A program made the translations under genes and the position numbers. From NCBI GenBank assembly GCA_002189035.1, contig NEEC01000016.1, forward strand, positions 1,178,001 through 1,242,000: 64,000 nt of DNA, in the 5' to 3' direction. Shown here one piece after another: positions 1-12,262 of the stretch. Position 1 is the first letter of the stretch. Every line of letters begins with the position of its first letter. The notes under the pieces were generated by a model. It was not told where the DNA came from. It saw nothing but the letters and a program-made list of their open reading frames with translations, and made no database searches. This stretch comes from Utricularia gibba. Taxonomy: Eukaryota > Plantae > Magnoliophyta.

Positions 1-116
1 GTGTTCGGAAGCCGGCTCCTGTTTTTAGGGATTTTCTTTTATGTGGTCATTTCTGAGCAGTCTTATCTTTTTCAAGGAGATCTTGACCTGTGATCTGAGC
101 TCTGGGATGCCCAAAA

Positions 117-1917
117 ATGGCACGAGAAAAGATCAAGATAAAGAGAATCGACAACTTGAGCGCTCGGCAAGTGACTTTTTCCAAGAGAAGAAAAGGGCTC
201 ATCAAGAAGGCTAAAGAGCTCTCAGTTCTCTGCGATGCCGAAGTTGGTCTCATAATCTTCTCCTCCACTGGGAAGCTCTTCGAATTCTCCAGCTCCAGGT
301 ACCCTTTTTCTCTTGCTTCTTCATTTGAAGTCTTTCAAGTGTGTGTTTCTTTTTTTCATCAGATCTTAGGGAGAAAAAGAGGGTTTTGGGGGTCTACACT
401 TATTTTTCCACCATACAAGTATGTGTTGGGATCTGAGAATTTGTAACATGGTGTCAACGTGCATACACCCACTTTTGAAGAAGCGCAGAGCAATTTGGTT
501 TGGCTCAATTTGCACCAACGCTGTAGCAGAAACTTGTTCTCTCTCTTTTGGGCGTTCCTTTTTCAGGATCAGTAGATTTAGACCATATTCTCTTCAAATA
601 GCCATTTTTTTAATAAACTAGGGTAGTGTGTGAATGATACGATGTGTGTGCATTGTGCTTAGAACCTTAAACTCACTTGTAATAAATGACGCCAAGCTTA
701 GTTTAATTCGATTGTAGTCTGTGTAAACTTATTACCTAAACTGGTTATTTTATCAAGTATTGTTTAACTTAATCAACTTGTGTTGTGAAGTTCAACTCTC
801 ATACACATGTGAATAGGGCAAACCAAATTCTGTCACTTGCGTTGTACATAACAAGCCTTTTCTGTACATTGAGGAGAAGCTAACTTTGGCTCTTTTTTTG
901 ATGGTGAGAAGCATGGATGCCATGCTTCAGAGGTACAGTCTGCAGTGCATTCATAATCCTGATAAGCTGGGGCAGCCATCGCTTGATCTTGAGGTACTAC
1001 CATGAAGTGTTATTGTTCATAACCTGACCTTTTGTATGTTTTTTCTGCGTCACAACGTTGGTTGCATTGCAGCTCGTAGTGAACAACAAGTTCCCCACGT
1101 TAAGCAAGGAAGTGATGGAGAAGAACCGGCAACTGAGGTAGGCTTCATGGACTTGTCGTATAACCCCCAGCTTCTTTGATCGTGATAAGGGAAATGTGAT
1201 GCCAAAAACAGGCAAATGAGAGGGGAGGATCTCGTGGGTCTGAGCATTGGCGAATTGGAGGCTATGGAGAAATCTCTGGAAACCGGATTGAACCGTGTCA
1301 CTGCGTTGAAGGTAGGCACAATGCAAGCACCTAGGGAAGCATCAGAGAACGAAAACTAATACTCTTATCGTACTGTTTTGCAGAATGAAAGGTTCATGAA
1401 GGAGACCAATGAACTACAGGACAAGGTCATGACTCTTAACCTCGAGTATTGCTCGGTTTCGAAAGAATGACGCCTTTCTCGACGAATATGCAGGTGATGC
1501 GCCTAACCAAAGCGAACGAGCTACTGAGAAAAGAGGTTCAAACTACACAGCTTTTAGTGCATCGCAAGGTAGGTTGGAGGATCGAAATCAGTTCAGTTAG
1601 TTACCTCTTCTTACATGTTCAGGTGACCAACATTGATTATACAAGACACAAGATGAGCGCAAGTTCAGAAGCCATGCCCTACGATGAGATACCCTTATCG
1701 GAATCCCAAGGGAACTCGGCGCGACATCCACAGGATTCCAAGAGCTCATCGGACACCTCTCTTACTCTGGGGTCACTCTTTTAGACGCTTTTTCTCCTTG
1801 GTAGTGCAAATGTACGCAGCTCGAGTCAAGTGATGATATTTATCAGATGCTCTTTGCTGCAGACTCTCCTGCAATGTGGCGGAATCCAAGAGAGCTCACT
1901 GCGGCGGCGCGCTTTGA
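117..1917 (+). CDS. SVP: MIKC MADS-box transcription factor, SVP/AGL24 (StMADS11) clade, 8 exons
   Basis: Exon 1 (117-298) is the MADS domain [49 protein letters not shown]. Phase-consistent GT-AG exons at 912-993, 1073-~1137, 1212-1311 ([27 protein letters not shown]-box), 1384-1425, 1494-1535, 1623-1771 ([11 protein letters not shown]-type C-terminal motif) and 1863-1917 (TGA). Confidence 0.9.
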
Positions 1918-3890
1918 AATCATTGTCGTTATGGTTGTAGTTTGGTCCGCGCTACGACTTTCGTTCCAGTGTGTGATGGTTCGTTGCAGAAATGGAGGCC
2001 AAACTATTTGCTAACTTCATTTGATTCGTCATGTTTATTGGTAGTTTTATTTAGTGTTCCAAATGTGTTTCCGCATAATATTTTTCAATTCATATTATTT
2101 GTTAATTATATATATATTTCATACAAAATCAAGAGAGCTTTTTTTATTTAAATACTCATTCTATTTTATTCATAATTAATGTGAAACTCACTTAATGGTG
2201 TCAAAACCCACTTAATGGTGCCAAAGTTTCCTCCTCTCCACTCTCTATACTTTGGCAAGTAAAATTGCAAATTGCAACAATTTACTTTTCTATTCATCTA
2301 CTTGGTTTCTTTGTCACATGGACTTGGTATCTTCTTTGTTGATTTGATTTTTTTACTCTCTCTGTAATTTATTATCTTCAAGAGTTACTTGTTGAGATTG
2401 TTGTTTTGTTATCTTTATGTACATTGGAAATGAGGTATGTATTGACTAGTTTGTGGAGAATACCTGTTTATTCAAGTGGTATAGAATATTTTTTTAGATG
2501 ACATATTTAATAATGAAGTATGCTAGTATTTTCAATTGATGTATCACGTTTTTTTGTTATTTCATTTAATATTGTTAACAAATTTTATTGTTAGTTATGG
2601 TTATAATAATATTTTAAAGTAGAATAGTTTCCCTAAATTGTTATAGAAGAGAAGTAAAGTCATTTATTGAGTTTCCAGAAACTTAATAAAACTAACTTAG
2701 TTTTCGCAATTTCCGAAAATTGATACAAATGCTTTTACACATTTAGCATTCTTGATGATCATCCCTTTGTTTAATCATTGGTACTTGTTTATGGTTGACT
2801 TTGATATCAAATATCACGATTTATACTTATTTTGTATGATATTATTCATTTTAAACATTAAAACATTACAATTTTATGTTATTTTTTTAATGAAAAAGAA
2901 TTTATATAAGATTAAAATAATACTTTTATTTAAACATATATTCTTTTACATTTGTAACTGAATATTATCAACAGACTCCTGAGATTTTATACATGTCTAA
3001 AATAGAAAAATATACTTAAATTATAGTGATATACTAATCATTATAACATTAGCAAATGCAAATAAATCAAGCACCATAAATCAACTATTTTTTTATTTAA
3101 AAATATCGAAAAAGAATTGTCAACTCGGACCCGACATGCGTGTGGGCCGGTTTCTCTGACCGAAGGAGCTTAATTAAACAAATGTGCGAAAATGGATTTA
3201 TTTTTATATGGCTGGAACTTGGAAGCCAAGATTTTTGCAACGGATATGGATCCAAAGAAGGGGGATATACGTTAGCCGTAGAAATGCTCAACTCCCCCTC
3301 CGGAGGTGTAGTTCATATCCCCAGGATCCCGGTTCCAATAATGCATAATCACGCCTGAAAGGGGAAAACAACGGGCGCTTGTTTAGGAGTTTGGCACGAC
3401 GGAGATAAAGCTCAAATCTTTTTGCTTTTCGACTTTTGTGATCTTGTTTGATTCATCGAAAAAAGATCTGGGTGGTTGTTTTCCTTTGTGTGTTGCGGTC
3501 TATTTCGGGTGCTGGTGCCAGGGATAATATATCGTTCGGGGGGATTTGCCCACATCTTTCTCGAGTTTGATTCAAGTTTCCCAGGTTTTTCTGTGCGGTG
3601 GGGTTAAACAATCTTTTCGGTGATTATAATGCTGGGTTTCATCTCTGTCTGCCGTGATCATCTATTATGATTCTATTCATTCAAGCTGTATTGAGCTTGG
3701 GGATCGTTTTTTGACCCTCAAAAGGCGTTCGTTGTAAGGTGGTGGTTGATGCTCCCTTTCTGCTGTCTATTTTTGTGGCGCTTGCTTTCGATTGAGTGGG
3801 TTTGAAGGATGGTGTTTTATTAGCTTGATCCTCGAACTTTCCATTTTTAGATTGTTCTTTTTTAGGAGAAAGACAGAGAATTAGAAAAGG

Positions 3891-4778
3891 ATGGCTCTTT
3901 CTTTCACTAGACTCTCATGGTTATGGTTTGGAAGCAAGGAAAAGGATAAGGTGTTCAGCAGTCCAGTTAACAATGCTATAAAGTCTGCGAGTGAACGGGG
4001 TGTGGGATCAAGAGGAGAGCCTGAAAGTTTGAGGTTCAATTCCATAAAGGGTGTCGATAAAAGGAGGCCCTCATCAAGCTCAAATAGGAAGGTTAGGAGG
4101 AAATGGAAGAGTAGAGAGGAAAGAAGGATTGATAAAGAGTATGATGTGGTTCTAGTACCATCAGATGGTGTTTGTTTATCGGGATCGGAATCCGACGCCT
4201 CTGATTGGTCTATTGGTTGGTTAGAGCCACATGGCTCAGAATTTCAGACCGATGAGGAGACTGATGACAGTTTTGCTGTGCTAGTCCCTTGTTATAGGTA
4301 TGATTCTGAAGAAGCAAGAGGAAGAGGGGAGGTGGAACACACTCATGGCTTCTGGAATGCTGCTAAGAACCATCCTGCTGGTTATTCCGGTATGACCCTT
4401 CAGTTTTTCGTTCCCATAAACGGTGTTCCTATGGCAACTCACTTGCCATCCACACCATGTGTTCTTGCTTCTCTTTCTCCTATGCTTAAAAATGCTAGTG
4501 CGTAGAGCAATGCAGGCCATTGTTGTTGTCTGCTCAAGGAGTTTGTTCCTTGCAGGGAGAGTTAGAGTATAGATATTTCTTGTAACAAGAAACTAGAATA
4601 GGCAGGAAGCAGTCTGATGTCCGTTTAAAGGCATTTTATGCCACCATAAGCTTCCCCTTTACCAGATCATCTTCCACATTCTGAAAGTACCCCTTCTGGT
4701 CTCCTTGCAGATGGGTCGAATGACCTTCACCGGTGGCTTTCCTCGTTCCAGAAGCTTCAAGACACCACATTCCTTTGA
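3891..4778 (+). CDS. Conserved plant protein of unknown function (MALSFTRLSW...SDWSIGWLEPH...FAVLVPCY type), 2 coding exons
   Basis: ORF 3891 up to a donor after 4389 (CCG|GTATGA). Acceptor TTGCAG| at 4710 gives DGSNDLHRWLSSFQKLQDTTFL* ending 4778. Acidic/Ser-rich motifs resemble a plant-wide uncharacterised family from memory. Confidence 0.75.
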
Positions 4779-5751
4779 TGTCCTAATACCTACCATCTTC
4801 ACCTTGGAGGGAGTTACCCCGAACTTCCCGTTCGCCTCCGTGATGCATCAGATTCAGAAACTCCGAATATGTACAAAGCATGTCTACATATCTAGTGCAG
4901 CAGCAGCAGCAGCAAGAAAGAGGGAAACAATGTTGTTCCTGTGACGTCTGTGCTCCTGAACATGTGAACAAGGTTCTTGCTGCCCCCCTGCTGATCGTGT
5001 TCGTTTTTTCTTTTTTCAATGGCAGTGCTGATCGTGTTAGTGAATTAATGCAGTATTTCAGATTTCGACTCACTAATTGTCATTTATTATTTATTTTATG
5101 ATAATATTAATCTTAATGGGAGATTAGTCAAATTATATTTTCGTATGATTGAAAATGAACAAATTTTCAATAAATAATTCTTTATTAGTAAATTATTTTA
5201 AGATAAAATATTTAGATATAACTACTCATGATTATAAAATTTAAAATAATATTGATACTATATAATTTTTGATATACATTCATTATCAATATATTTTTTT
5301 ATTATTAACAATTTTTTTGCATGAACACAAAATAGGCATGAAGCCATAGAGTTGTGATTCTAGTCTATTTTATTTAATAATTCAAAATAAATACTATTTT
5401 TTTATTTTCATTTCTGGTTTATGGTTCTTGGTTTTTTTATTTTATAACTTATTTGATAGATTTTAAAATAAGATGTAAGAAAAATCAATATTTTTTCCCA
5501 TTTTTAATTTGATTGAATTTTCAACCACAAAAAAGTATAGTGTTTACAATTATTAGAGAATAATTAACAAGATATAAAATCAATTGATGACTATAAATTG
5601 GTATTTTATAAAACATAAAATTTTATTTATTGAATTCAAAATTAATATTATTATTTTTTGTTAATGATATATTTAATTAAATTTATAAAAAAAGACTTTT
5701 TCAATAAAAATAATTATTTATAAAAAATATTTTTTGAAGTAGAAAAAAAGT

Positions 5752-5782
5752 TGGGCTATGGGCCGGTAATTACTATCGGGCT
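5752..5782. promoter_or_regulatory. Site II (TGGGCY) cluster upstream of VPS55
   Basis: TGGGCT 5752, TGGGCC 5759 and CGGGCT 5777, just before the 5' UTR-like sequence. Confidence 0.5.
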
Positions 5783-6066
5783 GGACTGTTTTTTTTTTTT
5801 TTTTCTCGAAATGTAGAATTAAGCACTCAAATTTAATAAAAATATATTTCAATGGCGATCAAGATTTCTCCGAATCATTGAAAATTCTCAAGGGTGCGAG
5901 CAGTGAAATACTCCTTGGTGCCTTGCTTGCAATTCCTAATACCAAACCCTTTTCAGTCATTCTGATACTATTTTTCCCTGGAGAGAATTGTTTTGGCCGA
6001 TTTCGTTTTGATCTGAAGTTTTGCTGATTTATTTTATGATTAAGTTGGTTCTGCGTTCAAGCTGAA

Positions 6067-7490
6067 ATGGCTATGACCGTTGGAGGTTCGTTTCTTTATG
6101 GGTATACTAGCTATGTGGCTTTCTTGGTGGATAATTTTGGGTCTTTTTTGAGTATAGTATCAATCCTGTACATAGTGTTTTCGTTAATTGAATTCGTTGC
6201 TCTTTAGCCCATCCTTGTTGTTAGTTGGGGAGTTGGGTGGGATTACGTCATAATGTAATTCTATGGGATAAATATGGTTCATTTGGATACAAACCAAAAT
6301 TCATGCCGTCTGCTTTTTTTTTTTTTTTTTGGTCGTATTGTTCTCTGGTAGCTTTTGGGTATTAAGCTACTGGCACTGAGCACTATGAATGTTGTACTAC
6401 ATGAATAAAGATACATTTTTTGTGATTTTAGTATGCCACCTTTCTTGGGGATTGATTTTCAAGCTGCTGTAATTCATTTAGTCGATCTGATGTGCTTGTC
6501 TAGTTTCTTGCTTTCAATTATCTTGTGTGGCTCCAGAATTTTCTTAACATTTCCCATCCTGCTCATTTTGTTTTGTTTCCATATTTTTCATTTCATCTCA
6601 CTTATCCCATTCTGAAATACTACTTCCATCAATGGCTGGTGCTTCTTGCCCTCTTCCTATTACTGGTGTTCAATCAGTACAGTGTAAGTAAACTCGAACT
6701 GGATCCATTTCATTTGTTGTTAAATTTCTCTTTTGCCTGTCCATTAATGCTGTTGCTTTTCATGTTCAGCCTTGTTGGGTTGGCCTTCATGTTTTCTGCA
6801 AGCTTTCTTCTTCAAGTACTGGTAGGTTCAGAGTTCCCGCAATGCAAGACGTTCTCTTAATCCTGTGAAACATATTATCCACTAGGAAAATATACGATGT
6901 ATATTATCCTTTTTAGCTGATACTTGAAACTAAAAATGGTGTTAGCATATTTTTCCCACTAATAAAGCAATAATAAGGAACACTTATTGTTCTATAAACC
7001 CATCTAATGCTGCCTATTATGATATAAAATGCAGGCTTGTGCAATATACAGCAACTGGTGGCCAATGTTGTCAGGTATTGCATCCTGTTGTTCGATACAC
7101 AATCCTCCAATGTGAGAATTTGAGCAAACTTGCCTTTTCAGCTCTTATGTATGTTCTGGTTCCAATGCCGTGTTTGTTCTTTGGCGGTGGCTCCACTCAG
7201 TTCTTGACCAGTCGTGAAGGTGGAGGGTGAGTAATTTGTGATTGATCATGCCATTATGGCGCCACTTTTTATCAAGTATTTGTGACGAGTGCAATATTTT
7301 TTGCAGCTGGATGGACGCTGCAAAGTTTTTAACAGGGGCGTCTGCGGTTGGAAGTATAGCCATTCCCGTTATTCTGAGGCATGCAGGCTTAATTGGAACA
7401 GGAGCAATGCTCATAGAGTTCACCTCCTTCTTCGTATTTGTCTGCACAGTTCTTTGCTTCCATCGTGCTAGCCTTGATGATGACTGGTAG
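6067..7490 (+). CDS. VPS55: Vacuolar protein sorting 55 family membrane protein; first exon tentative
   Basis: Exons ~6770-6821 (LVGLAFMFSASFLLQVL), 7035-7074 (ACAIYSNWWPMLS), 7142-7226 (ALMYVLVPMPCLFFGGGSTQFLTSREGG) and ~7308-7490 (WMDAAKFLTGASAVGSIAIP...HRASLDDDW*). The start is either ATG 6067 (MAMTVGG, weak donor) or ATG 6789. Confidence 0.85.
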
Positions 7491-7633
7491 AAAACTGAAT
7501 CCTTTAGCCATGTAAGTACAGCTTGTACTCCTTTCATCTATCAAGTCGTCTGGGGGTTTCAAACACCATGGAACTCTTTCTAATCAAAACTATGTACACT
7601 CACAATGCACAAACTAACAGCCGTGCTAGTTCC

Positions 7634-10236
7634 CTATTCATCCATCGCTAGCTCTATATGGCGATTTAAGTCCCTAAGGTAAGTGGTACAAGTGTAGTCT
7701 TCCAGGTCACAAGCATCCAACATCAACGCTCTTGCTGCTGATGAGCTCTGCTTCGTCTCCACTGCCTGTTTCTCGCCTTTCAGCAGCTGGACAACCTGTG
7801 AGAAGAAGACAATTTTCATGATGATGAGTACAAGAGAGCTAAGATGTGAAGCTGTAGTACCTTCTTCATGTTGGGACGCATGTTTGGCAAATGATGAATA
7901 CATGCTGAAGCTGTGAACACAGCACGTTTAACTTCTGCAACATCATACGACTCCCCAAGCTGAGGATCTGCTATTTCTTTCAGATTCTTCCTCTCAAGAA
8001 ACGGTTTCGCCTGCAGCAGAAAAAAGCATGAAGAAGATCGACAACAGAGGACTAACTGCTTAAATTCTAATACAACTCTGAAAGGCAAAATATTTGCAGA
8101 TGATTAGGAGATTGACCCTTCAAAGGCAAAGCTAAGCATACCCACATCACAAGGCTTTGTCTACTGGAATCAACTGCTCTACGCCCTGTTATTAGTTCGA
8201 GTAGCAGGACACCAAAAGCAAACACATCTGTCTTCTCATTGACAATTCCATGCATGAAATATTCAGGAGCCATGTATCTGTATTTTGACACATAGGATAC
8301 TTTCAAAACTTCTTTTCTCAGTAGAGAAGCGCTAGAAAATGCAGCAAGCTCACCCAAAAGTTCCTTCTATGGGGGAAACAACAAGATGAGCCCATTTATC
8401 AGGTAGCCATTTTGCTAGACCAAAATCGGATATCTATAACCAACATCTTGAGTAAGGATTCATTTAATTTTATAAATGGAACTTAGTATATGTATGTAAA
8501 GGAACCTCAGGCTCATAATCTTGAGAGAGTAAAATATTTGATGCTGTAATATCTCTATGAATGATTCTCTTTTGACAACCACCATGCAGATACTCCAATC
8601 CCTTAGCTATTCCTATTGCCACCTTGTACCTCACATTCCATCCTGGGGACTCTTCACTACCTGAATCATGCAACATATGTTCACTATATGAAAAACCAGT
8701 CAAAGGGACAAAATCGATATCAGAGGAATGGTATTAAAAATCACCGTGCAACACATTAGCTAGACTTCCATGAGGTGAAAACTGAAGCACTAGATAGAAA
8801 CCACCATCAATACTGAAGCCAATAAGTTTAGCTGCATTGGAGTGATCCACATGAGCAATGATACCGAGTTCAGACAAGAAATCGCCAACTCTATCCTCGT
8901 CTGTCTTTTTTCCTTTGGTAATTTTCTTTACCGCCACAACTTGGCCATCTGGTAAGCAACCTTTAAATACTTGCGCATGACCCCCTTTGCCTATCAAGTT
9001 ATCTGATCAAGAAACGAAGGAGCATTTTAACAAACAGTTGGCAGATGATTACAACATATGAACTTTAATGCCAAGGCTCCATTTTTATCGGACAAGAAAA
9101 AAACCCCATGAACCGAATTCACCAATAGATCGACTATTTACTCTGCAGTATGAAAGAAACTTTGAATTTCAGCTTTTCTCAGTCATAAAAGAACAGCAGC
9201 AGTCAAAATTCTTCCCGTTCACACACATGAAATCAACAGTCAAAGAACTGCCCTGCTTCAAAACAGAATTTTATGGGCCGTCTGATTATGCTATCATAAT
9301 CAAGCTTTTGCCCCTGTTTTGTCATACTCCATAGTTGGACTATATGACAGATCTGTAATGGAACAGTAATTGGGTGTGCGGCCACCCAAAAATTCAATTC
9401 AAAGACCAACTGGAGCAGTACATTATTGGTGTGGGTTTTCAACTTCCACTATTACAGAATCAAGGCATTAAAAAAGATCTGTATTTCTCAATTATGTAGC
9501 CATGAATACCATAACGATCATTTACTATGAGATAGGTTGTGGGTAGTAGGATGGAGTTGAGGGTTTTGAATCTTCAACTTCCATCGCAGTGACAGCCTTA
9601 AAGCAATTCGTCAATCGAAGTTTAATGGAAAATGATTGAAGTGCGAGGTTTCTAAACTGGGTTTTAGGTAAAGATTCCAACTTCAATGAGAAAGGGATGA
9701 AAAGTCGGCAAAAGAGAGTTTACCTGAGCTGAAGTCGTGGGTAGCTTGCCTGAGCTCTTCCAAGGTGAAATTTCTCCAAGAAGGTTTTGTTACTGTAAAC
9801 CCCAAGGCGGCGGCGCCGTCCTCTGCCGCCGCCATCTTCTTTCTAGAAGACTTCTTGGCGCTGCGGAGCAACAGCATGGCGGGGAGAGACCAAACTGAGC
9901 TTCTCTTCATTTGAGAAAACAGTCTCTTCCAGTTCAAATTCGTGTACCCCGTCTCGGATAAAATCTTGTTCCCTTCGTTTTTCCCATCAACAGTGCTGCT
10001 GTTATCGGAATCTGAACCGATAGCCGACACGTCGAAGACACCCCGCGGCGAGGATTCCTCCTCCAGCTCTTGTTTCCTTTTCTCTTCCTCGCCATTCTCA
10101 CAGGTCGCAGGGGCCACCGCTCCAGGGGTGTACTGCTCTGCAGTTAGAAAAACATACAACATCAAAACCCCACTTAAAGAAACGAACAAAAGAGATGAGA
10201 AATACCAGGAACTGGGACTTCATCTTCCACCTCCAT
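7634..10236 (-). CDS. Receptor-like cytoplasmic kinase, RLCK VI (RBK-like), 7 exons
   Basis: Start [10 protein letters not shown] at 10236. Motifs [91 protein letters not shown]. Ends [12 protein letters not shown] at 7634. All junctions are phase-consistent. Confidence 0.92.
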
Positions 10237-11618
10237 GGTGAAGGAGCACGAGAAGATAAAACTAAATACTCTCAGCTTCTAAAATTGTTTTCACAGAAGA
10301 TCAAAAAAAGATGTGATTTTTTTTTTCTTTCTTCAGTGAATCAGGTTAAGCAGAGCAATACAAGAGCACGAATCTACGTAATTACAAGTCACGCCCACAA
10401 CCGGGAGCGAACAGGGGAAGAGAAAGACAGGTCGGGACCGTCCCATGATGTCGTCTGAACAGAACCCTCGCAACTTAAGAATCATATTTATACAAAATTT
10501 CACGTGTAACCGGGAAAGATGAAGCCGTAAATCTGGTTCAGTTGGATTTCGCCATTGTTGGGCCAACTGCTCAGCCAGAATTGAAGAAACAGTAGTCGTT
10601 TTAACACCTAACCCACATGATGACTGACTCCCGCCCGCTTCCTCTCAGGAGCGACGTCCTCTCCAATTTAAGGTTGTGGACCAACATCTCACCCCTTCTT
10701 GTCTGAACAGAGAGATGCATTCTACACATTCCCATTCTCCTGTTTTTTCATCCCGGCACACGACATTATGCCAACTCCAAAAACATCCTCAAAGATCTGC
10801 AAGAATGTGTACGTGCAATATCAACCATAACATCATTTGCTTTTTTTTTTTTACGTTTTATTATGTTTTTTAAAAACTATGGTTTAATCGAAATTGAATC
10901 TTGAAACATTGATAATACCAGATAATTAAATTCGAATAATTTTAAAATAAAAAATAAATCGCAATTCAATATGAATCATAATATGTCGGCTATGATTCAA
11001 TTATAATTTGATATTTTTCATATGAAAAATATTAAAAATATTTTTTAAAAAACAAATGATTCAATTATGATTTAAATCAATGAAACATTTCACAATTTTT
11101 TGACGATATAAAATATTAATTTTACTTAATTAATGAATGATTTAGTACTTTTATTTAATAATTTCTTATTTTTCATCTTCATTCTAAACTCTTATTAGGT
11201 CTTGCCCCCATAACTAATCATCCAAGACAAAAAGAAGGAAAACATCAAACCTCGCTATTTTATTTCGAAACATATTGTTTATATACTTTGATTCCAATAA
11301 TATTGTAACATTATTATGTTATGTCTAACACTAGAAAATCTTGTGTGTTAGTAGGATGGTCAGCTCCTAATAACATGTGATGTTTCATTCTTTCTTTCTA
11401 ATTAGAGGAGCACCAAAGAGATTTGTTGTACAAGACAAAGATACATTAACAGCCCTACCCTCTACCACACCACTAGGGCAGGAAGAATGACAAGGGTGGA
11501 GGTGAGTCAAGATGCTAGTGAATTGGTTGGCTGTGACATTGCCATGGAGAGTTGATGAACAAAACCCTTTGTCAAAATTCCCAATACTTGATCACACCTT
11601 GGCAAGTGTGGATCATGT

Positions 11619-11653
11619 TTTAGGGTTCGGGGTTCAGGGTTTAGGATTTAGGA
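11619..11653 (+). repeat. Degenerate interstitial telomere-like heptamer array (5 units)
   Basis: TTTAGGG TTCGGGG TTCAGGG TTTAGGA TTTAGGA in tandem. Confidence 0.55.
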
Positions 11654-12262
11654 TTCTTTTGCTTTCATCCAATCCCGATAAACGCATGTGTTAAGGTCTA
11701 AATGTGCATACTTGAATCATGTTTTTATAGTATAAATTAAACATTAAAAAAGATCATTTAGAAAGATGATTATTTTTGTAAAATGGTTATTTTTGCAATC
11801 TACCATAAAATCCTCATCCAGAAGAAATTTTGAAATTTTGGATTTCATTAAAAATGACAAAATTTAAAGAAATTTTAGAAATATTTCATTTGATGAAAAA
11901 TTTGAAATCCGAAATTTCAGGATTTCGAACATTGTATTGGAGGCCTTGTTGCATGCGCCCTTCAAAGGGCATAAGAATATAAGATAATGTTTCCTTTTTA
12001 TGTAAATATATGCCTGTATTGTGGGAATTGGGAAGTATATTATGTAATATAAATGCGATTTTTTTTTTAAATTTTGGTGAGGGGTTACTAGTGTTTCCCC
12101 CAAATTGGCGGTTTGACGGTTGTGCGGTGCCCTAATTGATGGGCCGGTATCAATCAATTTCAGTTGCGAGAAAGATGGAAATTCTTTGAACTTTTGTTGG
12201 GAGCCGAATTCTCAACTCCGCGTAGTTAGATTCGTTGTCTAGGAGAGGGAGGCAAGCACTGG

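Noticed and set aside
6084-6091. Phase mismatch between VPS55 exon 1 and exon 2 as another homopolymer error
   Set aside because: An alternative donor (TC|GTTTCT) or the downstream ATG 6789 resolves it without invoking an error.
8520-8560. HRDITASN instead of HRDIKASN in the RLCK (pseudokinase?)
   Set aside because: The catalytic Asp/Asn, VAVK Lys, DFG and APE are intact, and I recall this variant in other RLCK VI members.
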